Assembly: GCA_039588275.1 (NCBI GenBank)
Contig: JBDHAC010000011.1
Coordinates: 1 to 64,000 of the forward strand
DNA from: Gemmatimonadota bacterium
GTDB lineage: Bacteria; Gemmatimonadota; Gemmatimonadetes; Palauibacterales; Palauibacteraceae
Length of the DNA: 64,000 nt
Direction of reading: 5' to 3'
Part shown: positions 19,342 through 28,278 of the stretch, piece by piece
Position numbering within the stretch: the stretch's first letter is position 1
Layout: every line of letters begins with the position of its first letter
Made by a program: the position numbers and the translations under genes
Notes under the pieces: model-generated
The model's database searches: none
Told to the model about the DNA's origin: nothing
Seen by the model: only the letters and a program-made list of their open reading frames with translations

Positions 19342-20499
19342 ATGATCGGACGAACAGGCCTTCTGTCGGTGGCCGCCCTGACGCTCGCCGCGCTGCCGGC
19401 GTGCGCGCAAGACGGAGGCGGGTCGTCCGACTCGGCGAGCGTGGCGAGGAGGTTGGGGGTACGGGCCGTGGAGCGCTGGGCCACAGACTTCTCGCGCATC
19501 GCCGTCCCCATCGAGGAAATTGCATCGGGCGGCCCCCCGAAGGACGGCATCCCGGCCATCGACCGGCCGAAGTTCGTCGAGGTCGATGCGGCAGACGAGT
19601 GGCTGGGACCTACGGAGCCCGTGCTGGTCGTCGAGTACGCAGGCGTCGTGAAGGCCTACCCGTTCCAGATCCTCATCTGGCACGAGATCGTGAACGACGA
19701 GGTGGGCGGACGGCCACTGTCCGTCACCTTCTGTCCCCTGTGTAACACGGCGTTGGTGTTCGAGCGTCGCGTGGGGGAGCGTGTGCTCGACTTCGGCACC
19801 ACGGGGCGGCTCCGCTTTTCCGACCTGGTGATGTACGACCGGCAGACCGAGACCTGGTGGCAGCAGGCGAGCGGCGAAGCGATCGTGGGGACGCTCGTGG
19901 GCACGAGACTCAAGTTCTTCCCCGCGAACACGCTTTCCTGGGAGAAGGCGCGCGAGCTTCATCCCCGGATGCAGGTGCTCTCCCGCGACACCGGGTACGA
20001 TCGCCGATACGGCCAGAATCCGTACGCGGGGTATGATACGCAGGGCGGTCCCATCGGCCCGTTCTTCAATGCCAGCGTGGACCGGCGCTTCCCGGCGATG
20101 GAACGGGTGGTGGGACTGGACATCGAGGAGGGCTGGGCGGCTCCCTTCTCCGAGCTGTCGGAAGTCGGCGTCATCAACGCGGAGTTCGCGGGCACCGAGT
20201 TCGTCGTCTTCTGGACGCCGGGGGCGTCGAGCGCGCTCGACGAGAGGCTCATCGCCGAGGGTCGCGACATCGGGCAGAGCGCCGTCTATGCACGCACGCT
20301 GGGAGAGCGCACGCTGACCTTCGAGCGCGACGGAGACCGGTTCCGGGACCGGGAGACCGAGTCGACGTGGGACCTCGCGGGTCGCGCCGTCGATGGCCCC
20401 CTTGCCGGTGAGCGCCTGGCGCCGATTCCGCATGGAAACCATTTCTGGTTCGCGTGGGCTGTGTTCAAGCCCGACACCGAGGTGTGGCAACGGCCCTGA
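19342..20499 (+). CDS. DUF3179 family protein (CxxC), lipoprotein
   Basis: GGPPKDGIPAID.P.F, AYP..IL.WHEIVND, TFCPLC, G.LRFSDLVMYDRQTE.WWQQ, FWFAW; lipobox LPAC. Confidence 0.88.
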   Translation: MIGRTGLLSVAALTLAALPACAQDGGGSSDSASVARRLGVRAVERWATDFSRIAVPIEEIASGGPPKDGIPAIDRPKFVEVDAADEWLGPTEPVLVVEYAGVVKAYPFQILIWHEIVNDEVGGRPLSVTFCPLCNTALVFERRVGERVLDFGTTGRLRFSDLVMYDRQTETWWQQASGEAIVGTLVGTRLKFFPANTLSWEKARELHPRMQVLSRDTGYDRRYGQNPYAGYDTQGGPIGPFFNASVDRRFPAMERVVGLDIEEGWAAPFSELSEVGVINAEFAGTEFVVFWTPGASSALDERLIAEGRDIGQSAVYARTLGERTLTFERDGDRFRDRETESTWDLAGRAVDGPLAGERLAPIPHGNHFWFAWAVFKPDTEVWQRP

Positions 20500-20591
20500 G
20501 GCTCGCGGCCCGTCGCTGATGTGGCGCCGACCGCGGGGCTTGACGACCTTGCCGGGTTACCGAAGGACTCCAGCAGCGAGCGGCTATTCGC

Positions 20592-21653
20592 ATGACACCG
20601 ACGGTCGCGTTACTCGGACTCCTCGTCCAGGTCGCGCCGGCCTGGGGTGAGGCACCCCGGCTCCCGACCCCGCTCGCGAACAATGCGGTCGCCGCCGTGC
20701 GGACGCCCGACGGTCCCGCGGTCTTCTCTTTCCTCGGAATCGATTCGACAAAGGCGTGGGACGGCCGCCCCCCCATCGCGCTGCGCTGGGACCTCGGCTC
20801 AGCAGAGTGGCGCGCGGTACGTGAGGTCCCCGGCGCGGGCCGTCTGGCCGCGACCGCGGAGGCCGTTCGGGGCAAGATCTACCTGTTCGGCGGTTACACC
20901 GTGGCGGATGACGGGAGCGAGCGGTCGCTTCCGAACGTCGACATCTACGACCCCGAGACCGATCGATGGAGCTCCGGCGCTCCGATTCCGGTCCCGGTCG
21001 ACGACGCCATATCAGGCGTATGGCGCGACTCACTCATCTATCTGGTCTCGGGGTGGCACGATCGGGACAACGTGGCCGATGTCCAGATCTATGACCCGTC
21101 TGAAGATCGATGGATGGCGGCGACGCCCATCCCGGGAACGTCCGTCTTCGGCCACGCGGGAGGCCTGGCGGGGAATACGATCGTCTACATCGACGGCACA
21201 CGCACGCTGTCAGAGGGGCAACCGCGCTTCCGCATCGAGGGCTCGGCCTGGGCGGGCGACATCGATCCGGATCGCCCAGAGGACATCAGATGGCGGCGGC
21301 TGCCGCCGCACCCGGGTCCCCCGCTGTATCGTGCCGCAGCCACGGGTGTCCCGGACCGATGGGTGATCTTCCTGGGCGGCTCGGACAACCCGTACAATTA
21401 CGATGGCCAGGGGTACGACGGCGTTCCCTCCGAGCCCCGCGCCGCGGTCTTCGCCTGGGACATCCGGGCGGGGCGCTGGCTCACGCTGCCGCCTCTCTCG
21501 GTCGCGACCATGGACCACCGTGCAATCGCCATCGTAGGACCCGAGCTGTTCGTGGTCGGCGGGATGGAGGCCGGCCAGCGAGTCACGCGGCGCGTGGTGC
21601 GCGCTCACCTGGGTGACTTGTTGTCCGCCGGAGCCCGGCAGCGGGAGCCCTGA
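20592..21653 (+). CDS. Secreted Kelch-repeat beta-propeller protein
   Basis: Signal peptide; repeated IYLFGG..YDP...W units. Confidence 0.85.
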   Translation: MTPTVALLGLLVQVAPAWGEAPRLPTPLANNAVAAVRTPDGPAVFSFLGIDSTKAWDGRPPIALRWDLGSAEWRAVREVPGAGRLAATAEAVRGKIYLFGGYTVADDGSERSLPNVDIYDPETDRWSSGAPIPVPVDDAISGVWRDSLIYLVSGWHDRDNVADVQIYDPSEDRWMAATPIPGTSVFGHAGGLAGNTIVYIDGTRTLSEGQPRFRIEGSAWAGDIDPDRPEDIRWRRLPPHPGPPLYRAAATGVPDRWVIFLGGSDNPYNYDGQGYDGVPSEPRAAVFAWDIRAGRWLTLPPLSVATMDHRAIAIVGPELFVVGGMEAGQRVTRRVVRAHLGDLLSAGARQREP

Positions 21654-21686
21654 CCGGCCGACGGATACCCGCATCCCGCGCGCGCC

Positions 21687-24152
21687 TCAGGGGGTGTGGA
21701 ACAGCCACTCCGACGGGATTGGCCGCCAGCCTTCGCCGGCGCCGCTGACCTCCAGTTCCAGCACCCGGCGGCCACCGGCATCGAAGTACCGCGCCTCGAC
21801 CTGGTGCAAGCCCGCACGGAGGGCCACGGCCCCCGATCGCTCGGTGGCGGCGTGCCGGCCGTCGTGGTCCACGGTCACCTCGCCTGCGACCGAGAGCCGG
21901 CTTCCGTCATCGGATGTGAGGCGGAAGGAATAGATGCCGTCCTGCGGAATTCGCAGGTAGCCCGTGAACCGAAGACCGAACCCGCTCTCCCGCGGTTCGC
22001 GCCCGGTCAGCCGCACTCCGCCCGCCGGACCGCGGGCGCCTGCGACACGACCGTCCAGGTCCTGAACCGAATCGAACTCACCCTCGTACAGCTCGAAGCG
22101 CAGACCCGACACGAGCCGGTCCTCGACGACGACCGCCGGGTCTCTCAGCCGGGCGCGGGTGAAACGAGCGGTGGCCATCGGGCCCGCGCGACCGTCCGGA
22201 AGGAAGACCCGCGCCCGAACCGGGACCCCGTCCTCCGAGAGCGAGAGCTCGATCGGGCCCGCATAGCGCGTCGATACGCGCGTCGGCTCCGATCCGTCGG
22301 TCGTGTAACGGATCTCGCCCGCGGCGACAGGCGCGTCCAGAGTCAAGCTCACCCGATCGGCCAGCAGGAGTCCATCCCCCTCCAACCCCCGCACGTCGGG
22401 GATGCGGTAGTTGACGCCTAACGCATCCAGCCTCGACAGGTGTGCGGGGAGACGCCCGAGGAAATGCGGCCAGCTGCGGGAGGTGCGCGGCGACCACACG
22501 ACCTCCGCCAACGCCAGCAGACGTGGAAAGACCATGTACTCCACGTGCTCCGAGGTCTTCATGTACTCCGTCCACACGTTCGCCTGTGCCCCGAGGACAT
22601 GCCCGGCTTCCTCTCGTGTGAGCTCGGCGGAAACCGGCTCGAACGCGTACACCTTCTCCAGCGGGGTGAAGCCCCCGATGGCGAGCGGCTCCTGACTTCG
22701 ATCGCGACTCTGATAGTAGTCGAAGTAGACGTGGCTGGACGGCGTCATGATGACGTCATGGCCCTGCCGGGCCGCCTCGATCCCGCCCGCGGTTCCGCGC
22801 CACGACATCACGGTCGCTTGCGGAGCGAGGCCGCCTTCCAGGATCTCGTCCCAGCCGATCAGCCGGCGTCCGTGCTCGAGCAGGAAACGCTCGATCCGGC
22901 GGATGAAGTAGCTTTGCAGCTCCTCCTCGCTCGCCAGACCCTCGCGGGCCAGCACGGCCTGTGCGATCGGACTCTCCTCCCAGCGCACCTTGGGCGCCTC
23001 GTCACCTCCGATGTGGATGTAACGGCTCGGGAAGAGCTCGAGGACCTCGGTCAGGACGTCCTCGAGGAACGCGAACGTGGCCTCGGACGGGCAGTACACG
23101 TCGTCGTATACGCCCCAGCGAGTTCCGACTTCGAACGGACCCTCGGTGCACGCCAGCTCCGGGTACGCCGCGAGCGCCGCGAGCGAATGTCCCGGCATCT
23201 CGATCTCGGGGATGACCGTGATGTGACGCTCCGCCGCGTACGCCACGACGTCGCGGATCTCCTCCTGCGTGTAGAATCCTCCGTACGGGACGCCGTCGCC
23301 CACGAACGGCTCGAAGTTCTTCTCGAGGATCGTCTCCCGGCGATACGCGCCGATCTCGGTGAGGCGCGGGTACTTCTCGATCTCGATCCGCCAGCCCTGA
23401 TCTTCGGTCAGGTGCCAGTGGAATGTGTTCAGCTTGTAGAGCGCGAGGAGATCCAGGTACTTCTTGATGAACTCGACCGGGAACATGTGCCGCCCCACGT
23501 CGAGGTGCATGCCGCGATACCGGAAGCGCGGGGCATCGGCGATCTCGACGGCGGGAATCGACCAGCCGTCGACCAGGCCGTCGCCCGCGAGTCCCCCTTC
23601 GACCTCGACGGGAAGGAGCTGTCGCAGGGTCTGAGTCGCGTAGAAGATCCCGGCCGGCGTGGCGGCGGACAGTACGACGGCGGTTGGATCGACGCGCAAG
23701 CGATAGGCCTCGGCGTTGACCGCCACACCGGGCTCGGGGTCAACCTCCGCACCGGGCTCGGCGGCGACCTCCGCGCCGGTCTCGGCGATGGCGTCATCCA
23801 GAACGAACGAGATCGTCCGAGGCGAGCCCGGCTCGACATCCTCGGCAATCGGGAGCCGCAGACCCGTACTGGCCCGCACGGCGGCGAGCCAGGATTCGGC
23901 CGCCGCTCGAAGCTCGGCGTGGCCGGGGTCGGAGAGCACCGCCCGAACCCGATCGTCGAGCGTAAAGGCACCCTCGATCGGAGCGAGCGCCGCCGGGCGA
24001 GGGACGATTTCGTATGCCTGCTGACCCGCGAGCCCGGCGCCTGCCAGCGGCGCGATGAGCGACCCGATCGCCAATCCGCCCCCGATTCGCTGGACCCGCC
24101 GCCCGAGGCCGACGGCCCGAGGCCTATCCCTGCCGTCCTTCGACGTCACCAT
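21687..24152 (-). CDS. Beta-N-acetylhexosaminidase (GH20) with Fn3-like/CHB_HEX_C and PA14 domains
   Basis: YRGMHLDVGRH, FHWHLTEDQGWRIE, PEIEMPGH, HIGGDE, IRYTTDGSEP, F.LTSDDGSRL (PA14). Confidence 0.95.
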   Translation of the reverse strand: MVTSKDGRDRPRAVGLGRRVQRIGGGLAIGSLIAPLAGAGLAGQQAYEIVPRPAALAPIEGAFTLDDRVRAVLSDPGHAELRAAAESWLAAVRASTGLRLPIAEDVEPGSPRTISFVLDDAIAETGAEVAAEPGAEVDPEPGVAVNAEAYRLRVDPTAVVLSAATPAGIFYATQTLRQLLPVEVEGGLAGDGLVDGWSIPAVEIADAPRFRYRGMHLDVGRHMFPVEFIKKYLDLLALYKLNTFHWHLTEDQGWRIEIEKYPRLTEIGAYRRETILEKNFEPFVGDGVPYGGFYTQEEIRDVVAYAAERHITVIPEIEMPGHSLAALAAYPELACTEGPFEVGTRWGVYDDVYCPSEATFAFLEDVLTEVLELFPSRYIHIGGDEAPKVRWEESPIAQAVLAREGLASEEELQSYFIRRIERFLLEHGRRLIGWDEILEGGLAPQATVMSWRGTAGGIEAARQGHDVIMTPSSHVYFDYYQSRDRSQEPLAIGGFTPLEKVYAFEPVSAELTREEAGHVLGAQANVWTEYMKTSEHVEYMVFPRLLALAEVVWSPRTSRSWPHFLGRLPAHLSRLDALGVNYRIPDVRGLEGDGLLLADRVSLTLDAPVAAGEIRYTTDGSEPTRVSTRYAGPIELSLSEDGVPVRARVFLPDGRAGPMATARFTRARLRDPAVVVEDRLVSGLRFELYEGEFDSVQDLDGRVAGARGPAGGVRLTGREPRESGFGLRFTGYLRIPQDGIYSFRLTSDDGSRLSVAGEVTVDHDGRHAATERSGAVALRAGLHQVEARYFDAGGRRVLELEVSGAGEGWRPIPSEWLFHTP
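23719..23790. repeat. Degenerate in-frame 24-bp tandem repeat x3 in GH20
   Basis: Encodes AETGAEVA/AEPGAEVD/PEPGVAVN. Confidence 0.75.
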
Positions 24153-24297
24153 CCTCGCCCCTCCCTCCCGAACGCGATCCCGACACTCTGGAGAGCAGGG
24201 CCCGGGACGGACAAGACCCGACCGTGAGGGCCGGGTCTGACCGTCGGACCCTGAGGATCAGGACCTGGTAACCGGACCCGAAGACGGTGGCCTCTGG

Positions 24298-25176
24298 TCA
24301 GAAGGTGGCCACCAGCGCCACGCTCAGGACCGTGTCCAGCTTGTCGAGCTCCACGAAGATCGTATCTCCCGTCGGCGTTCCGAGTGGCTGCTCGAGCAGC
24401 ACGCCGGCGAGCGACGGCTGGTTGTCCCACAGGAGCTGCAGGCTGGTTCGAAATGCCAGGTTGTCGCTGATCGCCACCGAGAGCGCATTGGTCAAGTCGC
24501 CGCGCAGATCATCGGTATCGTTCAGGTTCTCGTCCACGATCAGCATGCTGATGAAGTTCGTCGACTCCGTCAGCCGTTGCCAATAGTCCCACGAGAAGCG
24601 GGCGCCGGCGAACGTGTCCGAGCCCGAGCTCGCGACGTCGTCCTGGATCGTGTACGTGACACCGTAGTCGGTACGGAAACGGGTGCGTTCTTTCTCGACC
24701 CAGATGTTCCCGAGACCACCCGCGAACGAGGTACGGTTGTCAAAGCCCGCGAACGTGTTCCTCTCCCACCCGGCCCCGCCGTACGCGAAGAACGCTCCGG
24801 AGAACGCGTAGTCGTATCGGCCACGAGCGTAGTAGTTCTCAGCGGTCAATTTACTGTCGGACTGCTCGTTCACCTGGAAGTCGGTCGTTGTACCGACCGC
24901 CGTGCGAGTGGTCGTCGAAGACTCGCTACGCAGCCCACCTGCATTGAACCGAAACTCGGAGCTTTCCCAAACCTTCCGCAGCCCCGCGCCGAGCCCGAAC
25001 GTGTTCGCCTCCGCGTTCCCGCCTGTAAACAGGAACGACACTTCGGCCGTGTAGAACCAGCCGAGCTCCTTCTCGTCCTCCTGCCCCTGCAATGGGGCGG
25101 TCGTAAAGCAGAGCGCTGCTCCGACCACGGCCGTCGCGACCGCACCACCCCAACCCCTTAATGACGTCCGAACCAT
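24298..25176 (-). CDS. DUF481/YdiY-like outer-membrane beta-barrel
   Basis: Signal peptide, TGGNAEANT, AENYY.RGRYDY, W.RNTFAG.D.R...GG.G, amphipathic strands, terminal Phe. Confidence 0.8.
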   Translation of the reverse strand: MVRTSLRGWGGAVATAVVGAALCFTTAPLQGQEDEKELGWFYTAEVSFLFTGGNAEANTFGLGAGLRKVWESSEFRFNAGGLRSESSTTTRTAVGTTTDFQVNEQSDSKLTAENYYARGRYDYAFSGAFFAYGGAGWERNTFAGFDNRTSFAGGLGNIWVEKERTRFRTDYGVTYTIQDDVASSGSDTFAGARFSWDYWQRLTESTNFISMLIVDENLNDTDDLRGDLTNALSVAISDNLAFRTSLQLLWDNQPSLAGVLLEQPLGTPTGDTIFVELDKLDTVLSVALVATF

Positions 25177-25240
25177 GGGCGTGTGACCTCCGTATTTTGG
25201 GCGGCGTTTGCCGCCAGTGTGACGCGCGTGCCACACCGTA

Positions 25241-25268
25241 AGATCGCGACGCCGCGTAAAAGTCACAT
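25241..25268 (-). promoter_or_regulatory. Candidate ECF promoter ATGTGACT-N16-ATCT for the DUF481 gene
   Basis: Same -35 element and spacer length as the motifs at 27046-27073 and 27114-27141. Confidence 0.5.
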
Positions 25269-25276
25269 GGCGCCGA

Positions 25277-25315
25277 GCGGCCGAATCAGGCGGCCGAATC
25301 AGGCGGCCGAATCTG
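25277..25315. repeat. Tandem repeat GCGGCCGAATCAG x3 (13-bp unit)
   Basis: Read directly; one mismatch in the third copy. Confidence 0.9.
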
Positions 25316-25332
25316 GTTTGGCCTGGACCCGT

Positions 25333-26145
25333 CTACTGCCTCGCCACCTCCTCGAGGAAGGCGCTGTTCGCCACCGTGACGATTCCATCGTCGTGCTCCA
25401 GAATCGTCTGCGTGGGCGTGATCGCGCTCAGGCGGCCGCGCGCACCCGCAATCTCGAGCTCCTCTCCCATCCGGAACGTCTTCCGCGCGTAATAGCCCGC
25501 CAGGATGTTTCGCGTGATGTCTCGCGAGCCAAGCCCGAAGGACAGACCGAACGCGAGCGCGAAGCCGGCCAACACGCCCGTGGTGACCAGACGGACGATC
25601 TCGGTATCGATCCGCAGCTGTCCGATCGCCATGATGCCCAGCACGAAGAAGAGCACCGCGGTCACCACACCGCCGAGAGACGAAGCGAACTCGATTCCAG
25701 AGTTTTCCGCCGCGCGTGTGACGGCCCCACCAGCCGCCTGAGCCGCGATCGCACCCAGGACGAGGATCAAGACCGCCGCGACGACGTTGGGCAGGTACGA
25801 GAAGAACGAGCCCACTGCGCTGGATATCGCCCCCAACCCCAGAGCATCGGCCGCTGTCCGCAAGAAGAGCAACAGCAGGAGGAAGTAGGCCAGGCGAGGC
25901 AACAGCTGCGACATCTTCTTCTGCACGCCGATGCGACGAAGGGCCTGATCGACTCCCATCCTCTCGATCGCCGCATCCAAGCGCGCGCGGACGAGGAGGC
26001 CGCGCAGTAACCGCTCGAAGAGCTTGGCGACCAGCAGGGCCAGCAGGAGCAACACGATGCCGACCACGACTCGCGGCGTCATGTCGATAAGCGAATCCAG
26101 AAGCTGACGGAACGCGTCTCCGAGACGTTGTTGTATCTCCTGCAT
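25333..26145 (-). CDS. CmpX-like small mechanosensitive channel (MscS family, TM-helix repeats)
   Basis: P..VVGIVLLL and YLPNVVAAVLILV.G repeats; LAFGLSFGLG.RD...NILAG.Y; beta domain G.ELEI.G.RG....I...T...V.VAN. Confidence 0.85.
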   Translation of the reverse strand: MQEIQQRLGDAFRQLLDSLIDMTPRVVVGIVLLLLALLVAKLFERLLRGLLVRARLDAAIERMGVDQALRRIGVQKKMSQLLPRLAYFLLLLLFLRTAADALGLGAISSAVGSFFSYLPNVVAAVLILVLGAIAAQAAGGAVTRAAENSGIEFASSLGGVVTAVLFFVLGIMAIGQLRIDTEIVRLVTTGVLAGFALAFGLSFGLGSRDITRNILAGYYARKTFRMGEELEIAGARGRLSAITPTQTILEHDDGIVTVANSAFLEEVARQ

Positions 26146-26399
26146 CAGCCATCCCTCCTATCCTGGCTGCCGCCAATGACACCGAAGAGTGCCGGCAAGT
26201 ACTCGAGCAGCGCGTGCGCCATCGCCGACCAAGAGAACGTCGCGACGTCGGACACGAGCGTCCGTCGCTGAATCCGCCCGCGCAGCCGGCTCATGAAGCC
26301 GAGCTCCGGCTCCAGGGTCAGGCTGCCTAGCAGGTGGATCGGCTCGCCCGCATCGTCCATGTCTTCGACGCCCTCCGGTGGACCCTCGCGGTCGGTCAT
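26145..26399 (-). CDS. Small protein, putative CfrX-like anti-sigma/regulator
   Basis: 84 aa, translationally coupled to both neighbours; acidic N-terminus and hydrophobic C-terminal helix. Confidence 0.65.
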   Translation of the reverse strand: MTDREGPPEGVEDMDDAGEPIHLLGSLTLEPELGFMSRLRGRIQRRTLVSDVATFSWSAMAHALLEYLPALFGVIGGSQDRRDG

Positions 26400-27031
26400 T
26401 CCCCCTCGCCCTCTCCCTCGATCAAAGCGTCCTCGTTCCCCTCAGCAACACCGGTCAACTCCTGGTACCGTTCCCGAAACTCCTCACGTGCTCGTTTGAT
26501 GCGCATCTTGACCGCCGACAGCCCAATCTGCAGGTGCTCCGCGATCTCTTGATAGGAGAACCCGTCCAGGTCGCGCATCAACAGTGGTACCCGCAGGGTC
26601 TCCGACATCGAATCCAGGACGGCCTCGATCTGCACCCCTTCTTCCGTCGCCACCAGCCGGCGCTCGGCCTTCGGCTCCCTGCGCATCGCCTCGTGTGCCT
26701 GCACGGCGGGCGCGTCCGCATCCACACGATCGGGTTGTCGCTGCCGCTTCTTCAGGAAATTGATGCAGTGATTGACCTTGATCCTCTGCAACCAGGTCCC
26801 GAAGGCGGCCTGCCCGCGGAAGCTCTTGATGCCGAAGAACGCTCGCGTGAACACCTCCTGCGCGAGGTCTTCGGCATCATCGGGCGACCGCGTCATATAG
26901 CGACAGTTCGCCAGGATGCGGCCGCGGTGGCGTTGGACGAGGACCTCGAACGCCCGCAGATCGCCCGCACCCGCCTCCTGCACCGTCTCGACCAGCACGT
27001 CGTCGGCGACCGAGTCGTATTCGTGTGCCAT
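26396..27031 (-). CDS. ECF sigma factor, SigX-like
   Basis: RAFEVLV.RH, DAEDLAQEVF...FFGIKSF.G.AAF.TWL, YQEIAE.L.IGLSAVKMRIKRA; the GLSAxKMRxKRA region-4 pattern recalls Pseudomonas SigX. Confidence 0.9.
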   Translation of the reverse strand: MAHEYDSVADDVLVETVQEAGAGDLRAFEVLVQRHRGRILANCRYMTRSPDDAEDLAQEVFTRAFFGIKSFRGQAAFGTWLQRIKVNHCINFLKKRQRQPDRVDADAPAVQAHEAMRREPKAERRLVATEEGVQIEAVLDSMSETLRVPLLMRDLDGFSYQEIAEHLQIGLSAVKMRIKRAREEFRERYQELTGVAEGNEDALIEGEGEGE

Positions 27032-27045
27032 GATTACACCCTCAT

Positions 27046-27073
27046 GGACACGACTGCTGCCCGAGGGTCACAT
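27046..27073 (-). promoter_or_regulatory. Candidate autoregulatory ECF promoter ATGTGACC-N16-GTCC
   Basis: Immediately upstream of the sigma ATG; shares ATGTGACCCTCG with the divergent copy. Confidence 0.6.
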
Positions 27074-27113
27074 GAATCAAGGGTGTGCTACCCGGGATCG
27101 CCTGGATGCCCGG

Positions 27114-27141
27114 ATGTGACCCTCGCGCGGTGGGATTGTCT
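27114..27141 (+). promoter_or_regulatory. Candidate ECF promoter ATGTGACC-N16-GTCT for mscL
   Basis: 50 nt upstream of the mscL ATG; same -35 and spacer length as the sigma promoter. Confidence 0.6.
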
Positions 27142-27191
27142 GATGCACGTTGATTGGATCTCACCGACCCGTTCGCGAAAGGAGCACCGAG

Positions 27192-27626
27192 ATGCTCAAA
27201 GAGTTCAAGGAGTTCGCCATCAAGGGCAACATGCTCGACATGGCCGTCGGCATCATCATCGGCGCCGCGTTCGGCACCATCATCACCTCGTTGGTCAACG
27301 ACGTGATCATGCCGCCGATCGGTCTGGCGCTGGGCAACGTCGACTTCTCCCAGCTTCACGCGGTCCTCCAGCAAGGCGACCCGGCGGGGCCGTACGCCAC
27401 GCTCGCGGCGGCCGAGGAGGCCGGCGCCGTCACGCTCAACTGGGGCGCGTTCATCAACTCCGTTCTCAGCTTCTTGATCGTCGCGTTCTCCGTGTTCATG
27501 GTCGTCCGCAGCTTCAACAAGCTGCGCGCTGAACAGGAGGCTCCGCCCGAGGAAGCACCACCCGAGCCTTCCGCGGAAGAGACCCTGCTCGGAGAGATCC
27601 GGGATCTCCTCAAGGCGGGAGGATAG
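27192..27626 (+). CDS. mscL: Large-conductance mechanosensitive channel
   Basis: [59 protein letters not shown]. Confidence 0.97.
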   Translation: MLKEFKEFAIKGNMLDMAVGIIIGAAFGTIITSLVNDVIMPPIGLALGNVDFSQLHAVLQQGDPAGPYATLAAAEEAGAVTLNWGAFINSVLSFLIVAFSVFMVVRSFNKLRAEQEAPPEEAPPEPSAEETLLGEIRDLLKAGG

Positions 27627-27664
27627 CGACCCGTCGTCGACGAAAGCCAGCGACAAAAGCCAGC

Positions 27665-27720
27665 CGGACGTCATCAAGCGGCCCCATCGGCGTCACGTCG
27701 ACGGGGCCGTTTGACGTCCG
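27665..27720 (+). terminator. Long hairpin downstream of mscL
   Basis: CGGACGTCA..AAGCGGCCCC..loop..GGGGCCGTTTGACGTCCG; no long U tract. Confidence 0.55.
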
Positions 27721-27811
27721 TGCGCGGGATACAGGGTTCGAAACCCGCCGCTCCTGGCGCCCGTAGGGGGTGTCGAGCCGACTGCACCTACTCAGCCCCT
27801 CGGAGTGGATC

Positions 27812-28123
27812 ATGGATGAGATTGCCCCGATGCTCGTATTGCTCACGCTGATCCTCACGACCGGTGGGGTCATCCTGTTCCGCCCGCTCGCGAAGCGCCT
27901 CGGGGATCTCCTCGAGATCATGGCCCAGCAGCGGCGCGCGGTCCGGGAGAACGACGCGGGCGTGCAAATGCGCGAGGTGGTGGAGACGCTGAACGCGCGA
28001 ATCGCACTGCTCGAAGAGCGTCAGGATTTCACCGACGCGCTCCTATCGGCGTCCCGGTCAGGGGCGGCCTCGGAGCTGTCGGACCCCACAGCGCGGAGCC
28101 TGCCACAGCGACCCGTATCCTGA
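27812..28123 (+). CDS. Small single-TM coiled-coil protein (PspB-like)
   Basis: GGAG RBS; N-terminal TM, then RIALLEERQDFTDALL. Confidence 0.7.
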   Translation: MDEIAPMLVLLTLILTTGGVILFRPLAKRLGDLLEIMAQQRRAVRENDAGVQMREVVETLNARIALLEERQDFTDALLSASRSGAASELSDPTARSLPQRPVS

Positions 28124-28209
28124 ATCGCGCGCCGGCCACGGCCCGGCGCCCGACGCCCTCCGCCGAGGGGCAGGCGGGCGGTTCGCCCGCGGAGACGCTC
28201 CCGGATGTA

Positions 28210-28239
28210 CGAAGGGCCCCGGATCGCCGGGGCCCTTCG
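28210..28239. terminator. Intrinsic terminator hairpin between convergent genes
   Basis: CGAAGGGCCCCGG-ATCG-CCGGGGCCCTTCG perfect 13-bp stem followed by GTTTCT. Confidence 0.75.
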
Positions 28240-28278
28240 GTTTCTGGATGCCGTATCCCGCGGGGCGAGCGCGGGGAA

